A stretch of DNA of 64,000 nucleotides from an uncultured Ectothiorhodospiraceae bacterium (lineage in GTDB: Bacteria > Pseudomonadota > Gammaproteobacteria > GCA-002705445 > GCA-002716945): assembly GCA_964342155.1 (NCBI GenBank), contig CAYFEQ010000003.1, positions 27,734 to 91,733 on the forward strand, in the 5' to 3' direction. The position numbers were made by a program, and so were the translations under genes. This document shows, one piece after another, positions 9,534 through 19,655 of the stretch (position 1 is the first letter of the stretch; every line of letters begins with the position of its first letter). Under the pieces are notes generated by a model that saw only the letters and a list, made by a program, of their open reading frames with translations, was not told where the DNA came from and did not search any database.

Positions 9534-11006
9534 TTACTTCTTAGGTTTCATCAATGGAAATAGAAGAACATCTCTTATAGATGATGAGTTTGTTAGAATC
9601 ATGATTAATCTATCTATTCCAATGCCAGCGCCTGCTGCAGGTGGCATTCCATATTCTAGCGCTGTTATAAAATCCTTATCATAGGACATTTTTTCATCAT
9701 TGGTAGACTCAGCTTGTCTTGTAAATCTAAGTGATTGTTCATATGGATTATTGAGTTCAGAAAAACCATTTGCAACTTCTCTTCCTGCGATAAATAATTC
9801 AAATCTCTCAGCAATTCCTTGATCATTATCAAAACTTCTCGCAAGAGGAGATACATCAGTTGGATAATGTGTAACAAAAGTTGGATTAATTAATTCCTTT
9901 TCTACAGTTTTTTCAAATATATCTAAATGTGTATGGAATAATGATTTATCGTCAGTAATTGATATATCAGATTTTTTTGCATAATCATTTAAAAATTTTA
10001 GATCACTAATATTTTCTGAATTTATTTCTTTATTATATTGAAACAATGCATCATAAAATTTAATTCTTTTAAATGGCACATTAGTATCAATTGTGACATT
10101 TTGGTATTCAAAAGAATCTTTAATTTCAATCCTCTTTTTTATATCAGTAAACATCTTTTCAATTAAATCCATTAAATACACATAATCTTGATAGGCACTA
10201 TAAAATTCTATCATTGTAAATTCCGGATTATGTTTTACTGACAGACCTTCATTTCTAAAGCTACGATTTATTTCAAAAACTTTTTCAAATCCACCTATAA
10301 TACATCTTTTTAAAAACAACTCTGGAGCAACTCTGAGATAAAGATCCATATCAAGAGTATTATGGTAAGTAGCAAAAGGTTTAGCTGTTGCTCCTCCAGG
10401 AATAATATGCATCATGGGTGTTTCTATTTCTAAAAAATCATTTGATATAAAAAAGTCTCGTATAGATGAGATTATTTTAGTTCTTTTCTTAAAAAGATTC
10501 TTAGTATCATGATTAGTCATTAAGTCTAAATATCTTTGCCTATATTTAATTTCTATATCTGAAATTCCATGGAATTTTTCTGGCAAAGGCCTCAATGATT
10601 TAGCAAGTAATGTAATTTCTAAAACATTAACTGTTAACTCATTTGTTTTGGTTTTGAATAGTGTCCCTTTGACACCAGCTATATCACCAAGATCTAGGTC
10701 AGGTATAATCTCTTTACTTTCTTCAGGAAGAGATTTCTTTTGAAGATAAATTTGAATTTTTCCAGATTCATCATGTAAATCAGCAAATGTCGAATTTCCC
10801 ATTTCTCTAATCATTAATAATCTTCCAGCTATGGAAACAGAGACATTTTTATTCTTCAAATCATCTTTTTCTATATCTTTGTATTTTTCAACAAGCAAAA
10901 TACTGTCATCAGTTTTTTTGAATGTATTTGGGTATGGGTTAAATTTTTCCTTTATTCTGTCTAGTTTTTTCTTACGTTCAAGAATTAGTTTGTTATCATC
11001 TTCCAT
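9534..11006 (-). CDS. lysS: Lysine--tRNA ligase (class II)
   Basis: YRQRYLDL, LRVAPEL.LKR, RNEG...HNPEFT, YGMPP.AG.GIGIDRL. Confidence 0.97.
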   Translation of the reverse strand: MEDDNKLILERKKKLDRIKEKFNPYPNTFKKTDDSILLVEKYKDIEKDDLKNKNVSVSIAGRLLMIREMGNSTFADLHDESGKIQIYLQKKSLPEESKEIIPDLDLGDIAGVKGTLFKTKTNELTVNVLEITLLAKSLRPLPEKFHGISDIEIKYRQRYLDLMTNHDTKNLFKKRTKIISSIRDFFISNDFLEIETPMMHIIPGGATAKPFATYHNTLDMDLYLRVAPELFLKRCIIGGFEKVFEINRSFRNEGLSVKHNPEFTMIEFYSAYQDYVYLMDLIEKMFTDIKKRIEIKDSFEYQNVTIDTNVPFKRIKFYDALFQYNKEINSENISDLKFLNDYAKKSDISITDDKSLFHTHLDIFEKTVEKELINPTFVTHYPTDVSPLARSFDNDQGIAERFELFIAGREVANGFSELNNPYEQSLRFTRQAESTNDEKMSYDKDFITALEYGMPPAAGAGIGIDRLIMILTNSSSIRDVLLFPLMKPKK

Positions 11007-11007
11007 T

Positions 11008-12124
11008 TTATAATCCAGCTTTTAAACTCTCTTCAATAAATTGATCTAATTCTCCATCTAGGACAGCTTGAGTATTTCCAGTTTCATATTTTGTTCTCAA
11101 GTCTTTGACTCTTGAATCATCTAGTATATATGATCTAATCTGACTGCCCCATCCAATATCAGATTTTTCTGATTCAATTTGATTCTTAACGGCATTTTGT
11201 TTTTCTATTTCATATAAATATAGTTTAGCACGTAGTTGCTTTAATGCGCTTTCTTTGTTTTTATGTTGAGAGCGACTATTTTGACATTGAACTACAATGT
11301 TTGTCGGTAGGTGTGTGATTCTGACAGCTGATTCAGTTGTATTAACATGCTGTCCTCCCGCTCCACTAGCTCTATAAACATCAATGCGTATGTCTGCTGG
11401 GTTTATTTCAATATTTAAATCATCTTCAATCTGTGGATATACAAAAATTGATGCAAAGGATGTGTGCCTACGATTTCCAGAATCAAATGGTGATTTTCTT
11501 ACTAATCTATGTATTCCTGTTTCTGTTCTCAGCCAACCATATACATAATCACCATGGATTTTAATTGTTACACTTTTATAGCCTGCGATCTCTCCTTCTG
11601 ATGCTTCAATTATCTCTGTAGTAAAATTATGTGTTTCACACCATTTTAAATACATTCTCATCAACATTGAGACCCAGTCTTGGGCTTCTGTTCCACCAGA
11701 ACCAGATTGAATATCTAGGTAAGCGTCATATGAGTCATGCTCATTTTTAAACATTTGTTTAAATTCAATTGCATACAAAAGTTTATCTGCATTGGCTATT
11801 AAATCTTTCATCTCTCTAACTAGATCTATATTTTTTTCAATCAAATTATCCTTGAGCAATGAATTCAATGTATATTGTGCCATTTCTACGTCATTATTAA
11901 TTTTTTGCATTTCTGAATAGGAGGATTTCAGGCTTTTATGTTCTTTTTGAATTGAGGCAAGTTTTTTTCTATTTTTCCATACTTTTTCATCTTCTAATTG
12001 CGCCTCCAAAGTAGTTATTTTAGATACAAGGTTATCGTAGTCAAACTAACCTCCTGAGCTCTGTAAATTTTTTTTCAAGCTCTTTTGCCTTATTTAAAAT
12101 ATCCAATATATCATCTCTATTCAT
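11008..12124 (-). CDS. prfB: Peptide chain release factor 2, programmed +1 frameshift (27 codons + 344 codons)
   Basis: SPF and GGQ motifs; upstream ORF ATG at 12124 ([27 protein letters not shown]) joins the long frame by +1 at 12043. Confidence 0.95.
12040..12055 (-). promoter_or_regulatory. prfB frameshift cassette: SD AGGAGG, 3-nt spacer TTA, GTT TGA C
   Basis: Minus strand reads AGG AGG TTA GTT TGA CTAC GAT; the +1 frame GAC TAC GAT... is in frame with the ORF-track start at 12009. Confidence 0.9.
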
Positions 12125-12782
12125 TACTATTTTTATCCTCAAATGAATTTAATCTTTCAAGCCATTTTATTTGATATTTTTTTAGTTCATCCAACGAAAC
12201 TGTATTTTCCTCATGATCACCATTCCTCATGCATAGGAAAATCATTATGCTATCAATTTTTGTTTTATATTGCCAATCATGAGCTAATGTATATGCAGCC
12301 AATTGCAGAAAATACTCATCAATTTCTTCTTGTGTTTTTTTTCTATATGACGACTTATAGTCCACTAAAATAATATTTTTATTCATTACTCCAATAAGGT
12401 CTATAGTGCCAGCATATCTATTTTTATAATGGACAGAGGCTTCGGTACCCCAAATTTCATCAATATTATTAATACAATGTTCAATTATAATTTTAGCTAG
12501 GCTTTCAGCTATAAGAAAATTTTTATCGGTTTGTTGAAGAATTGTTTCGCTAGAAATATAATCATCTAAATATTTATGCATCAAATTTCCTATTCTCATT
12601 GCATCTAAACTAGAATGGCTTATTTTTTTATGTTCAGTTAAAGAATTTGGTTTGGTTGAATTTAGAATAGAAGTCACGCTTGGGACAAATTCATTAGCCT
12701 CTATTTCATAATATCTAACACCATCAATTTTATTTATATTATAATTTTTATAATTATATTTCGATTTATAGGTTTCAATCAT
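12117..12782 (-). CDS. PD-(D/E)XK (RecB/Cas4/MGME1-like) exonuclease
   Basis: PSVTSIL, GNLMH, E, YAGTIDL...VDYKS, LQLAAY; no four-Cys Cas4 cluster motif; stop overlaps the prfB ATG. Confidence 0.85.
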   Translation of the reverse strand: MIETYKSKYNYKNYNINKIDGVRYYEIEANEFVPSVTSILNSTKPNSLTEHKKISHSSLDAMRIGNLMHKYLDDYISSETILQQTDKNFLIAESLAKIIIEHCINNIDEIWGTEASVHYKNRYAGTIDLIGVMNKNIILVDYKSSYRKKTQEEIDEYFLQLAAYTLAHDWQYKTKIDSIMIFLCMRNGDHEENTVSLDELKKYQIKWLERLNSFEDKNSNE

Positions 12783-12789
12783 TCTAAAA

Positions 12790-13140
12790 CTATCTTTTTA
12801 AAATAGATAAAATTTTTTCTAGGTCTGCTGATAATTGGTCGAGAATTTGTCGATCAAGATAAGAGCTTTTTGCTGCCATAGTTTCATCTAATTTATTTTT
12901 TGCCCCTTCTATTGTATATCCCTGTTTGTTTAAAAGTTCGTTAATTTGAGAGACTAACATTAAATCCTTTTGTTGATAATATCTTCTATTCCCTCTTCTT
13001 TTTATTGGTTCAAGTTGTTTGAACTCCTGTTCCCAATATCTTAGTACATGAGATTTTATACCATAGATTTTTGATACCTCTCCAATAGTAAAGTATCTCT
13101 TGTTTGGTATATTTATTGATGTATCGTTATTTGTCTCCAT
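12790..13140 (-). CDS. MerR-family transcriptional regulator (ihfA-associated type)
   Basis: [10 protein letters not shown]...[20 protein letters not shown]; conserved position after ihfA. Confidence 0.92.
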   Translation of the reverse strand: METNNDTSINIPNKRYFTIGEVSKIYGIKSHVLRYWEQEFKQLEPIKRRGNRRYYQQKDLMLVSQINELLNKQGYTIEGAKNKLDETMAAKSSYLDRQILDQLSADLEKILSILKR

Positions 13141-13423
13141 CGTAAGCTTCTAATTGAGATTTTAGTTTTAGTCCTGACTTAAATGTAACCACTCTTCGTT
13201 CACTAATAGTCACTTCTTCCCCTGTTTTTGGGTTTCTCCCAGGTCTTGGTTTTTTATTTCTCAAAACAAAATTACCAAAACCAGAAAATTTAATATCTTC
13301 GCCTTTTTCAAGACTAGATTTAATTATTTCAAAAAACTGTTCAACAAATTCTTTTGCTTCCCTTTTGTTTAATCCAACTTCAGCATGTATGGTTTCTATT
13401 AGGGAATTTTTTGTAATTGTCAT
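13127..13423 (-). CDS. ihfA: Integration host factor alpha
   Basis: [22 protein letters not shown]; downstream of pheT. Confidence 0.95.
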   Translation of the reverse strand: MTITKNSLIETIHAEVGLNKREAKEFVEQFFEIIKSSLEKGEDIKFSGFGNFVLRNKKPRPGRNPKTGEEVTISERRVVTFKSGLKLKSQLEAYDGDK

Positions 13424-15448
13424 CTAAGCTCTCAATTTTGCATTGAATTCCTTTTGTAATAATTTAAGTACCTTATTCATTACAAAATTTACATCTGTAT
13501 CTACAAGCGTTGAATTTTTATTTTGAAACATGAATTCAAGAGAGATGCTTTTTTTAGTTTCATCAAATTTACGATCATAGAAAACATCATTAATTTTAAT
13601 ATTTATCAGGTATTTATAACCTTGTTTTATTATAATATCTATTATATCGTTTCCTGGGATTTTATCATCAATTAAAATCGTTAAATCTCTACGGATTTTT
13701 GGAAACTGAGATATTTGGGTATATTTTATATTTTCAGGGAAAATTTCCTGATTCAGTGCAATTTCAAAGGCATAGATTTTATTTTCTACAGATTCTGTTT
13801 TACATAGTAAATTGGAAACTTCTCCACAGAAACCTATTTGTTTATTATTCAGGTTTATACTTGCTTGGACTTCAGTATCGAAGAATTTAGATTTAGTGGC
13901 TTTTTTAAAAATAATTGTTGGTAATATAGATATCAAATCACCTTTCAAATCGTAGAAGTCCAAGGTAGTTGAATCTAGCTTTAGGGATGCCTCTGAACTT
14001 TGTCCAGAAATTAAACCTGCAATATTATTAGTCTCAACTATTTTACCTTTGCTGTCTCTCTGATAAATGTTACCTATTTCAAAAATCTTTACGTTATTAT
14101 GCTGTCTGTTTGAATTATATTGATATGTCTTCACTAAACTTGGTATTAGTGAAGTACGCATTTCCGCTTTATCTTCAGAAATTGGGTTTTGTATTATATT
14201 TATCGATTGTTTCGAAACAAATTTTTCTTGATACTCTTTTGGTAAGAAACTATACGATTTTATTTCATTATATCCTCTAGAAACTAATGATGGAATAATT
14301 TTTCTTGAAGTGCATATTATGGGTTTAATCTTGCTATCAATATGTTTTGACAAAGTAGTTTGAGGCTTGAATTCATCAAATCCAATTATTCGAGCTAGTT
14401 CTTCAAGTAAATCATACTCGTTACTAATATCAAATCGATAGGTTGGTACCGTTATAGTAAATTTATCTTTTGATTGATTACTATTAAAGCCTAAAAACTT
14501 AAAGATATTTTTTATTTCAGAATTACTAATTTTTTTACCCAGTATTCTATTGACTTGTTTTGTATTAAAATTAATCTTTCTTTTCCTAGATTTATTAAAT
14601 GATTTATCTGAATGATTGCAGATCTTTATGTCTTGATAAGTAGTAAATTTATTTATTAGATACAAAATTCTTAAAAGTGTATATTCATGAGTAGATGGAT
14701 CTACTCCTCTTTCAAACCTATAAGAAGAATCTGTCTGGACTCTATATTCTTTGGAAGTTGCTCTAATAAGTTCAGGTAAAAAATGAGCACATTCAATAAT
14801 TATATTTTTTGATGCTGTATTAACCGAAGAATCTATAGATCCAATAATGCCGGCTATCGCTTGAATTGTAGTATTGTCACTGATGACGGGTGTATCTTGT
14901 TTTAAAGTATACTTTTTATCGTTCAAAGCAATTATTTTTTCATTTTTTTTACTAAATCTAACTGTTAGCTTTCCATTCAAAGTATCACTATCGAATGCAT
15001 GGAATGGTTGTCCCAACTCAATCATTACATAATTTAATATATCAACTATTAGATTTATAGAAGTAATTCCGCAGCTCTTTAGTCTATTCTTTATTAAGAT
15101 TGGGGTTTTAATTTTATTATTAATACCATTGATTTGGAGGCATGTATAGATAGGTGATATTTTTTTATCAACTGATTTAATAATATTGTTAGACTTTTGA
15201 ATTTTTGTGTTGGCAGTTTTTAGAGTCAAAGTGTTTTGTCTGTATGCTGTTGACAAATCTCTTGCAATTCCAGAAATAGATAAACAGTCTGGTCTATTTG
15301 GGGTAATATCTATATCAATAATAGATCCTAATTTAGATTTTTTAAAATTAGATACTTCAAGCCCAATAGAAGTTAATTTATCACACAATTTTGTGCTTGA
15401 TGGGATTTTAGGCAGTACTTCTTTTAACCACTCAACATTTAATTTCAT
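13424..15448 (-). CDS. pheT: Phenylalanine--tRNA ligase beta subunit (short, B2 domain apparently absent)
   Basis: ITPNRPDCLS, QPFHAFD, RFERG.D, DLLEELARI.G, FPKIRRDL. Confidence 0.95.
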   Translation of the reverse strand: MKLNVEWLKEVLPKIPSSTKLCDKLTSIGLEVSNFKKSKLGSIIDIDITPNRPDCLSISGIARDLSTAYRQNTLTLKTANTKIQKSNNIIKSVDKKISPIYTCLQINGINNKIKTPILIKNRLKSCGITSINLIVDILNYVMIELGQPFHAFDSDTLNGKLTVRFSKKNEKIIALNDKKYTLKQDTPVISDNTTIQAIAGIIGSIDSSVNTASKNIIIECAHFLPELIRATSKEYRVQTDSSYRFERGVDPSTHEYTLLRILYLINKFTTYQDIKICNHSDKSFNKSRKRKINFNTKQVNRILGKKISNSEIKNIFKFLGFNSNQSKDKFTITVPTYRFDISNEYDLLEELARIIGFDEFKPQTTLSKHIDSKIKPIICTSRKIIPSLVSRGYNEIKSYSFLPKEYQEKFVSKQSINIIQNPISEDKAEMRTSLIPSLVKTYQYNSNRQHNNVKIFEIGNIYQRDSKGKIVETNNIAGLISGQSSEASLKLDSTTLDFYDLKGDLISILPTIIFKKATKSKFFDTEVQASINLNNKQIGFCGEVSNLLCKTESVENKIYAFEIALNQEIFPENIKYTQISQFPKIRRDLTILIDDKIPGNDIIDIIIKQGYKYLINIKINDVFYDRKFDETKKSISLEFMFQNKNSTLVDTDVNFVMNKVLKLLQKEFNAKLRA

Positions 15449-16449
15449 TATCTTATATCACTAAATTGAGACAAAAAAGTTATGTCATTTTCAAAAAATA
15501 CTTTCAAATCAGTAATTCCAAACTTAAGCATAGCTAATCTTTCAACCCCTATGCCAAAGGCATATCCTGAGTATTTTTTGTGATTAATGCCTACATTTGT
15601 AAGTACATTTGGGTGAACCATTCCACATCCTAAAACCTCTAGCCATTTGCCTTTGAATTTAATATCAATTTCAGCAGAAGGTTCTGTAAATGGAAAATAA
15701 GAAGGTCTAAACCTAATTTCCATTTTTTCATTATTAAAGAACTCTTGTAAAAATTTAATTAACAAACCTTTGAGATGACAAAAGTTAACGTTTCTATCAA
15801 CATATAATCCTTCAACTTGGTGAAACATTGGAGAATGAGTTGGATCAGAGTCACATCTGTAAACTTTACCTGGAGTCATGATTTTGATTGGAGGTTTCTC
15901 ATTCAACATTGTGTGGATTTGAACAGATGATGTATGAGTCCTAAGAAGCATTTTGTCATTTAAATAAAAGGTATCATGCATATCACGAGCTGGATGATTT
16001 TTTGGAATATTGAGAGCTTCAAAGTTAAAAAAGTCATTTTCAATTTCTGGTCCATCTACTGAAATGAAACCATAATGAGCTAAAATAGTTTCGATTGATT
16101 CAAGTGTTAGGCTTATAGGATGTCGTGAACCATGTCCAATATTCTTCCCTGGTAAAGTAACATCGAAAAAATTAGATGCAGTGGTTAAAGATTTTTTATT
16201 TTTAGATTGAAGGATTGCATCATCAATTAAAGAAGATATTTCGGTCTTGACTGAGTTGAGGTCTTGCCCAATATTTTTTCTGTCTTCTACTTTTAGTTCT
16301 TTAATCTTATTAAATTCTAGGGTTACTTTTCCTTTTTTTCCTAAATAATTTGATTTAAGTAATATTAAATCATTATAAGAATTACATTCCTCTAATTTAT
16401 TTTTAAATTCTGTGATTAAAAAAGAAAATTTTTTACTCAGAGGTGCCAA
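15448..16449 (-). CDS. pheS: Phenylalanine--tRNA ligase alpha subunit
   Basis: HPARDMHDTF, RTHTS, HSPMFHQVEG, FPFTEPS, FGIGVERL. Confidence 0.97.
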   Translation of the reverse strand: MAPLSKKFSFLITEFKNKLEECNSYNDLILLKSNYLGKKGKVTLEFNKIKELKVEDRKNIGQDLNSVKTEISSLIDDAILQSKNKKSLTTASNFFDVTLPGKNIGHGSRHPISLTLESIETILAHYGFISVDGPEIENDFFNFEALNIPKNHPARDMHDTFYLNDKMLLRTHTSSVQIHTMLNEKPPIKIMTPGKVYRCDSDPTHSPMFHQVEGLYVDRNVNFCHLKGLLIKFLQEFFNNEKMEIRFRPSYFPFTEPSAEIDIKFKGKWLEVLGCGMVHPNVLTNVGINHKKYSGYAFGIGVERLAMLKFGITDLKVFFENDITFLSQFSDIR

Positions 16450-16453
16450 TGTA

Positions 16454-16807
16454 TTAGTGTTCTTTTGTTAGTGACTTTATGAGCGCTGTAAAATTTTGAG
16501 CATTATTCATTGCTAAATCTGCAAGCATTTTTCGATTGAGTGTTATGTTTGATTTTTTTAGACTATTGATTAGTTGACTATACGACATATTATTCTGTCT
16601 AGCAGCAGCATTTATTTTAGAAATCCATAATGAACGAAATTGTCTTTTCTTTTGTTTTCTATCTCGATAAGCATATTGTCCAGCTTTAATTACAGCTTGC
16701 TTCGCGACCCTAAATACCCTGCTTCTTGCTCCTCTATACCCTTTAGCAAGTTTAAGTATTTTTTTATGTTTTGAATGTGCAACTACTCCGCGTTTTACTC
16801 TAGCCAT
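16454..16807 (-). CDS. rplT: 50S ribosomal protein L20
   Basis: MARVKRG...AKGYRGAR...[17 protein letters not shown]. Confidence 0.98.
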   Translation of the reverse strand: MARVKRGVVAHSKHKKILKLAKGYRGARSRVFRVAKQAVIKAGQYAYRDRKQKKRQFRSLWISKINAAARQNNMSYSQLINSLKKSNITLNRKMLADLAMNNAQNFTALIKSLTKEH

Positions 16808-16818
16808 AACTCTCTCAT

Positions 16819-17013
16819 TTAATAAGGCAACATTCTTTTAACTAATGCTTTGTCTGCTTTGCTGATGACGGCATCGTCTCTAAGATGTCTTTTTCGTTTA
16901 GTACTTTTTTTTGTGAGTATATGCCTGCGATGAGATTGCGCTCTCTTGATTCCTCCAGAAGGTGCTTTTGTAAATCTCTTTGCTGCGCCTCTATTACTCT
17001 TCATTTTCGGCAT
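16819..17013 (-). CDS. rpmI: 50S ribosomal protein L35
   Basis: [14 protein letters not shown]...HILTKK. Confidence 0.97.
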   Translation of the reverse strand: MPKMKSNRGAAKRFTKAPSGGIKRAQSHRRHILTKKSTKRKRHLRDDAVISKADKALVKRMLPY

Positions 17014-17054
17014 ACTTTTTCCTCTTATTTATGCAAGCGCTAAGTATACTAGAT

Positions 17055-17570
17055 TTATTTCTTTGGCGCTATAACCATTACCATTTGCCGGCCTTCAAAG
17101 GATGGTATTTGCTCAACTATACCATAATTTTCTAGATCCTTTTGTATTCTGTCCAAAAAATCTCTTCCAATGACCTGGTGAGCAATCTCTCTTCCTCGAA
17201 AACGCATGGTTATTTTAGCTTTATCGCCACTTCCCAGAAATTTTATCAAACTCTTTAATTTAACTTGGTAATCAGCCTCCTCTGTATTAGGCCTAAATTT
17301 TACTTCCTTGACGTGCGTTTGTTTTTGTTTTTTCTTTGCTGAATGAGCTTTTTTTGATTGCTCAAATTTAAATTTACCATAATCCATTATCCTGCAGACA
17401 GGTGGTTTTTCATTTGGGACAATTTCTACAAGATCTAAATCTTCCTCTTCAGCCATTGCTAAAGCTTTTTTTGTTTCAACAACGCCCACTTGTTTTCCAT
17501 CAGATGATATCAGCCGAATTTCTGTAGCAAAAATTCTAGCATTCATCCTTAATCTTTTAGTGTTCGATAT
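17055..17570 (-). CDS. infC: Translation initiation factor IF-3, probable ATA start at 17570 (ORF track uses ATG at 17546)
   Basis: [24 protein letters not shown]; AGGAG, 7 nt, then in-frame ATA. Confidence 0.93.
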   Translation of the reverse strand: MSNTKRLRMNARIFATEIRLISSDGKQVGVVETKKALAMAEEEDLDLVEIVPNEKPPVCRIMDYGKFKFEQSKKAHSAKKKQKQTHVKEVKFRPNTEEADYQVKLKSLIKFLGSGDKAKITMRFRGREIAHQVIGRDFLDRIQKDLENYGIVEQIPSFEGRQMVMVIAPKK

Positions 17571-17580
17571 AACTCTTCTC

Positions 17581-19491
17581 CTATTTTAATAATCTAGATT
17601 TATTAGCAACCAATTCTTTTATATTGCTAATAAAATCTTCTATTTTAATAGAACCTAAATCTTCACCAGATCTGGTTCTGATCGATACCTCATTCTTTGA
17701 GGCTTCCCTATCACCTATTATAACTAAATAAGGAATCCTTTTAAGGGTATGTTCTCTAATTTTATAGCTAATTTTCTCATTCCTTAAATCCATAATGGGC
17801 CTAAATGAATGAGTTTCTAGTAATTTAAGCAAATCTGTACAAGGCTTTTCTTGTTTTTCAGTTATATTCATAATGACCATTTGAGTTGGCGCTAACCATA
17901 GAGGTAAGTCCCCTGCGTATTCTTCTAGCAAGATACCAACAAACCTTTCTAGAGAGCCTAAGATAGCTCTATGTATCATGACAGGATTTTCCTTATCTCC
18001 TTTTTCATTAACAAAATATGCATCTAATCTAGTTGGCATGGAAAAGTCTAGTTGTATTGTTCCAAGTTGCCATATTCTTCCAATCGAATCCTTCAGAGAA
18101 AAATCTATTTTTGGCCCATAAAATGCACCATCTCCGTCATTTAAAGACCAATCAATTTTTTGACTATCAAGAGCTTGTTTAAGAGATTCTTCAGATTTAT
18201 CCCATATTGACTCATCTCCCACTCTAAGTTTTGGTCTTGTAGACAGCTCTACTTTTATATTAGAAAAGCCAAAGTCTTCATATATCTGATAAATATTTTC
18301 TATTTGATTTTGTATTTCTTTTTCAATTTGATTTGTAGTACAAAAAATATGTGCATCATCTTGTGTGAATGCTCTGATTCTCATTAATCCATGTAAAGTT
18401 CCTGAAGGTTCATTCCTATGTACAAGTCCAAATTCAGCCAGTTTAATTGGAAGATCTTTATAGCTTTTAATTCCTTGATTAAAAATTTGTATATGTCCTG
18501 GGCAACTCATTGGTTTTATAGCATATTCACGATTTTCGGAACTTACATCATAAATAAGATCTGAAAATTTATCTAGATGCCCAGATTTTTTCCAAAGACT
18601 CTTATCAAGAATCTGCGGCGTATTGATAATTTGATAATTATTTTTAACTAAAAAATTTGTTATATATTGTTTAATTAAATTAAATATAGTCCAGCCTTGG
18701 TGATGCCAAAAAACCATACCAGGTGATTCTTCTTGAAAATGAAATAAATCAAGTTTTTTTCCAAGTCTTCTGTGATCCCTTTTTTCTGCTTCCTCAATTT
18801 GATGCAAGTATGTATCAAGGGCTTTCTTATCATTCCAAGCCGTTCCATATATACGCTGAAGAGCTTGATTTTTTGAATCACCTTTCCAATAGGATCCAGA
18901 TACTTTGGTGAGTTTAAAAGCCTTTAAATGCTTTGTATTAGTTAGATGCGGACCTCTACACATATCTATATATTCTTCATGATGATAAATAGCAATAATC
19001 TCATTATCTGGGATTTCATCAATTAATTTTAATTTATAGTCCTCTTTACGTTTTTTAAAGACTTCAATCGCTTTAGATTTGTCCACAACTTCACGTTCAA
19101 CTTTATATTTCTTTGAGGCTAATTTTTTCATTAAAGATTCAATCTTATCAAGTTCTTTTTCAGAAATAGTTTTTTTAGAATAAATATCATAATAAAATCC
19201 ATTTTCAATTACTGGTCCAATTACCATCTTTATATCAGGATAAAGTTGTTTGATTGCATGACCAAAAACATGAGCACAAGTATGCCTAATAATTTCCAAA
19301 CCTTCTTGATCTGTATTTTTGATTAGTTTAATTGTGCAATTTTTATCAATTGAGTAGCTTAAATCAACAAGCTCATTATCTATTTTAGCTGCAACAATAT
19401 CATCAATTTTAAAGCTTGAATCTATTACATCTTCTATAGATTGATTTACTTCAATTGAGATATTTTTATTTTCTATACTTATTTCTAACAT
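17581..19491 (-). CDS. thrS: Threonine--tRNA ligase
   Basis: [43 protein letters not shown]. Confidence 0.97.
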   Translation of the reverse strand: MLEISIENKNISIEVNQSIEDVIDSSFKIDDIVAAKIDNELVDLSYSIDKNCTIKLIKNTDQEGLEIIRHTCAHVFGHAIKQLYPDIKMVIGPVIENGFYYDIYSKKTISEKELDKIESLMKKLASKKYKVEREVVDKSKAIEVFKKRKEDYKLKLIDEIPDNEIIAIYHHEEYIDMCRGPHLTNTKHLKAFKLTKVSGSYWKGDSKNQALQRIYGTAWNDKKALDTYLHQIEEAEKRDHRRLGKKLDLFHFQEESPGMVFWHHQGWTIFNLIKQYITNFLVKNNYQIINTPQILDKSLWKKSGHLDKFSDLIYDVSSENREYAIKPMSCPGHIQIFNQGIKSYKDLPIKLAEFGLVHRNEPSGTLHGLMRIRAFTQDDAHIFCTTNQIEKEIQNQIENIYQIYEDFGFSNIKVELSTRPKLRVGDESIWDKSEESLKQALDSQKIDWSLNDGDGAFYGPKIDFSLKDSIGRIWQLGTIQLDFSMPTRLDAYFVNEKGDKENPVMIHRAILGSLERFVGILLEEYAGDLPLWLAPTQMVIMNITEKQEKPCTDLLKLLETHSFRPIMDLRNEKISYKIREHTLKRIPYLVIIGDREASKNEVSIRTRSGEDLGSIKIEDFISNIKELVANKSRLLK

Positions 19492-19504
19492 AATATAATC
19501 TTCT

Positions 19505-19578
19505 TAGGCACGATTGGGTTCGAACCAACGACCTCCACCATGTCAAGGTGGCGCTCTAACCAGCTGAGCTACGCGCCT
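19505..19578 (-). tRNA. tRNA-Val(GAC), CCA not encoded
   Basis: AGGCGCG acceptor stem, CCACC-TTGACAT-GGTGG anticodon arm, GGTTCGAAC T-arm; discriminator A followed by AGAA. Confidence 0.96.
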
Positions 19579-19655
19579 AAATTATGTAAAAATTAACACG
19601 GCGATAAATCTTTCTCAAGCTGTTTTATTTTTATAAAATTATTTAACCTCTCTCA

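Noticed and set aside
12010-12124. prfB as a pseudogene because of the in-frame TGA
   Set aside because: The stop lies in a correctly spaced SD/shift cassette, and the downstream frame is intact with SPF and GGQ motifs
12117-12782. Cas4/CRISPR or prophage call for the nuclease
   Set aside because: No four-Cys cluster motif, no repeat-spacer array, cas1, integrase or att-like repeats seen nearby
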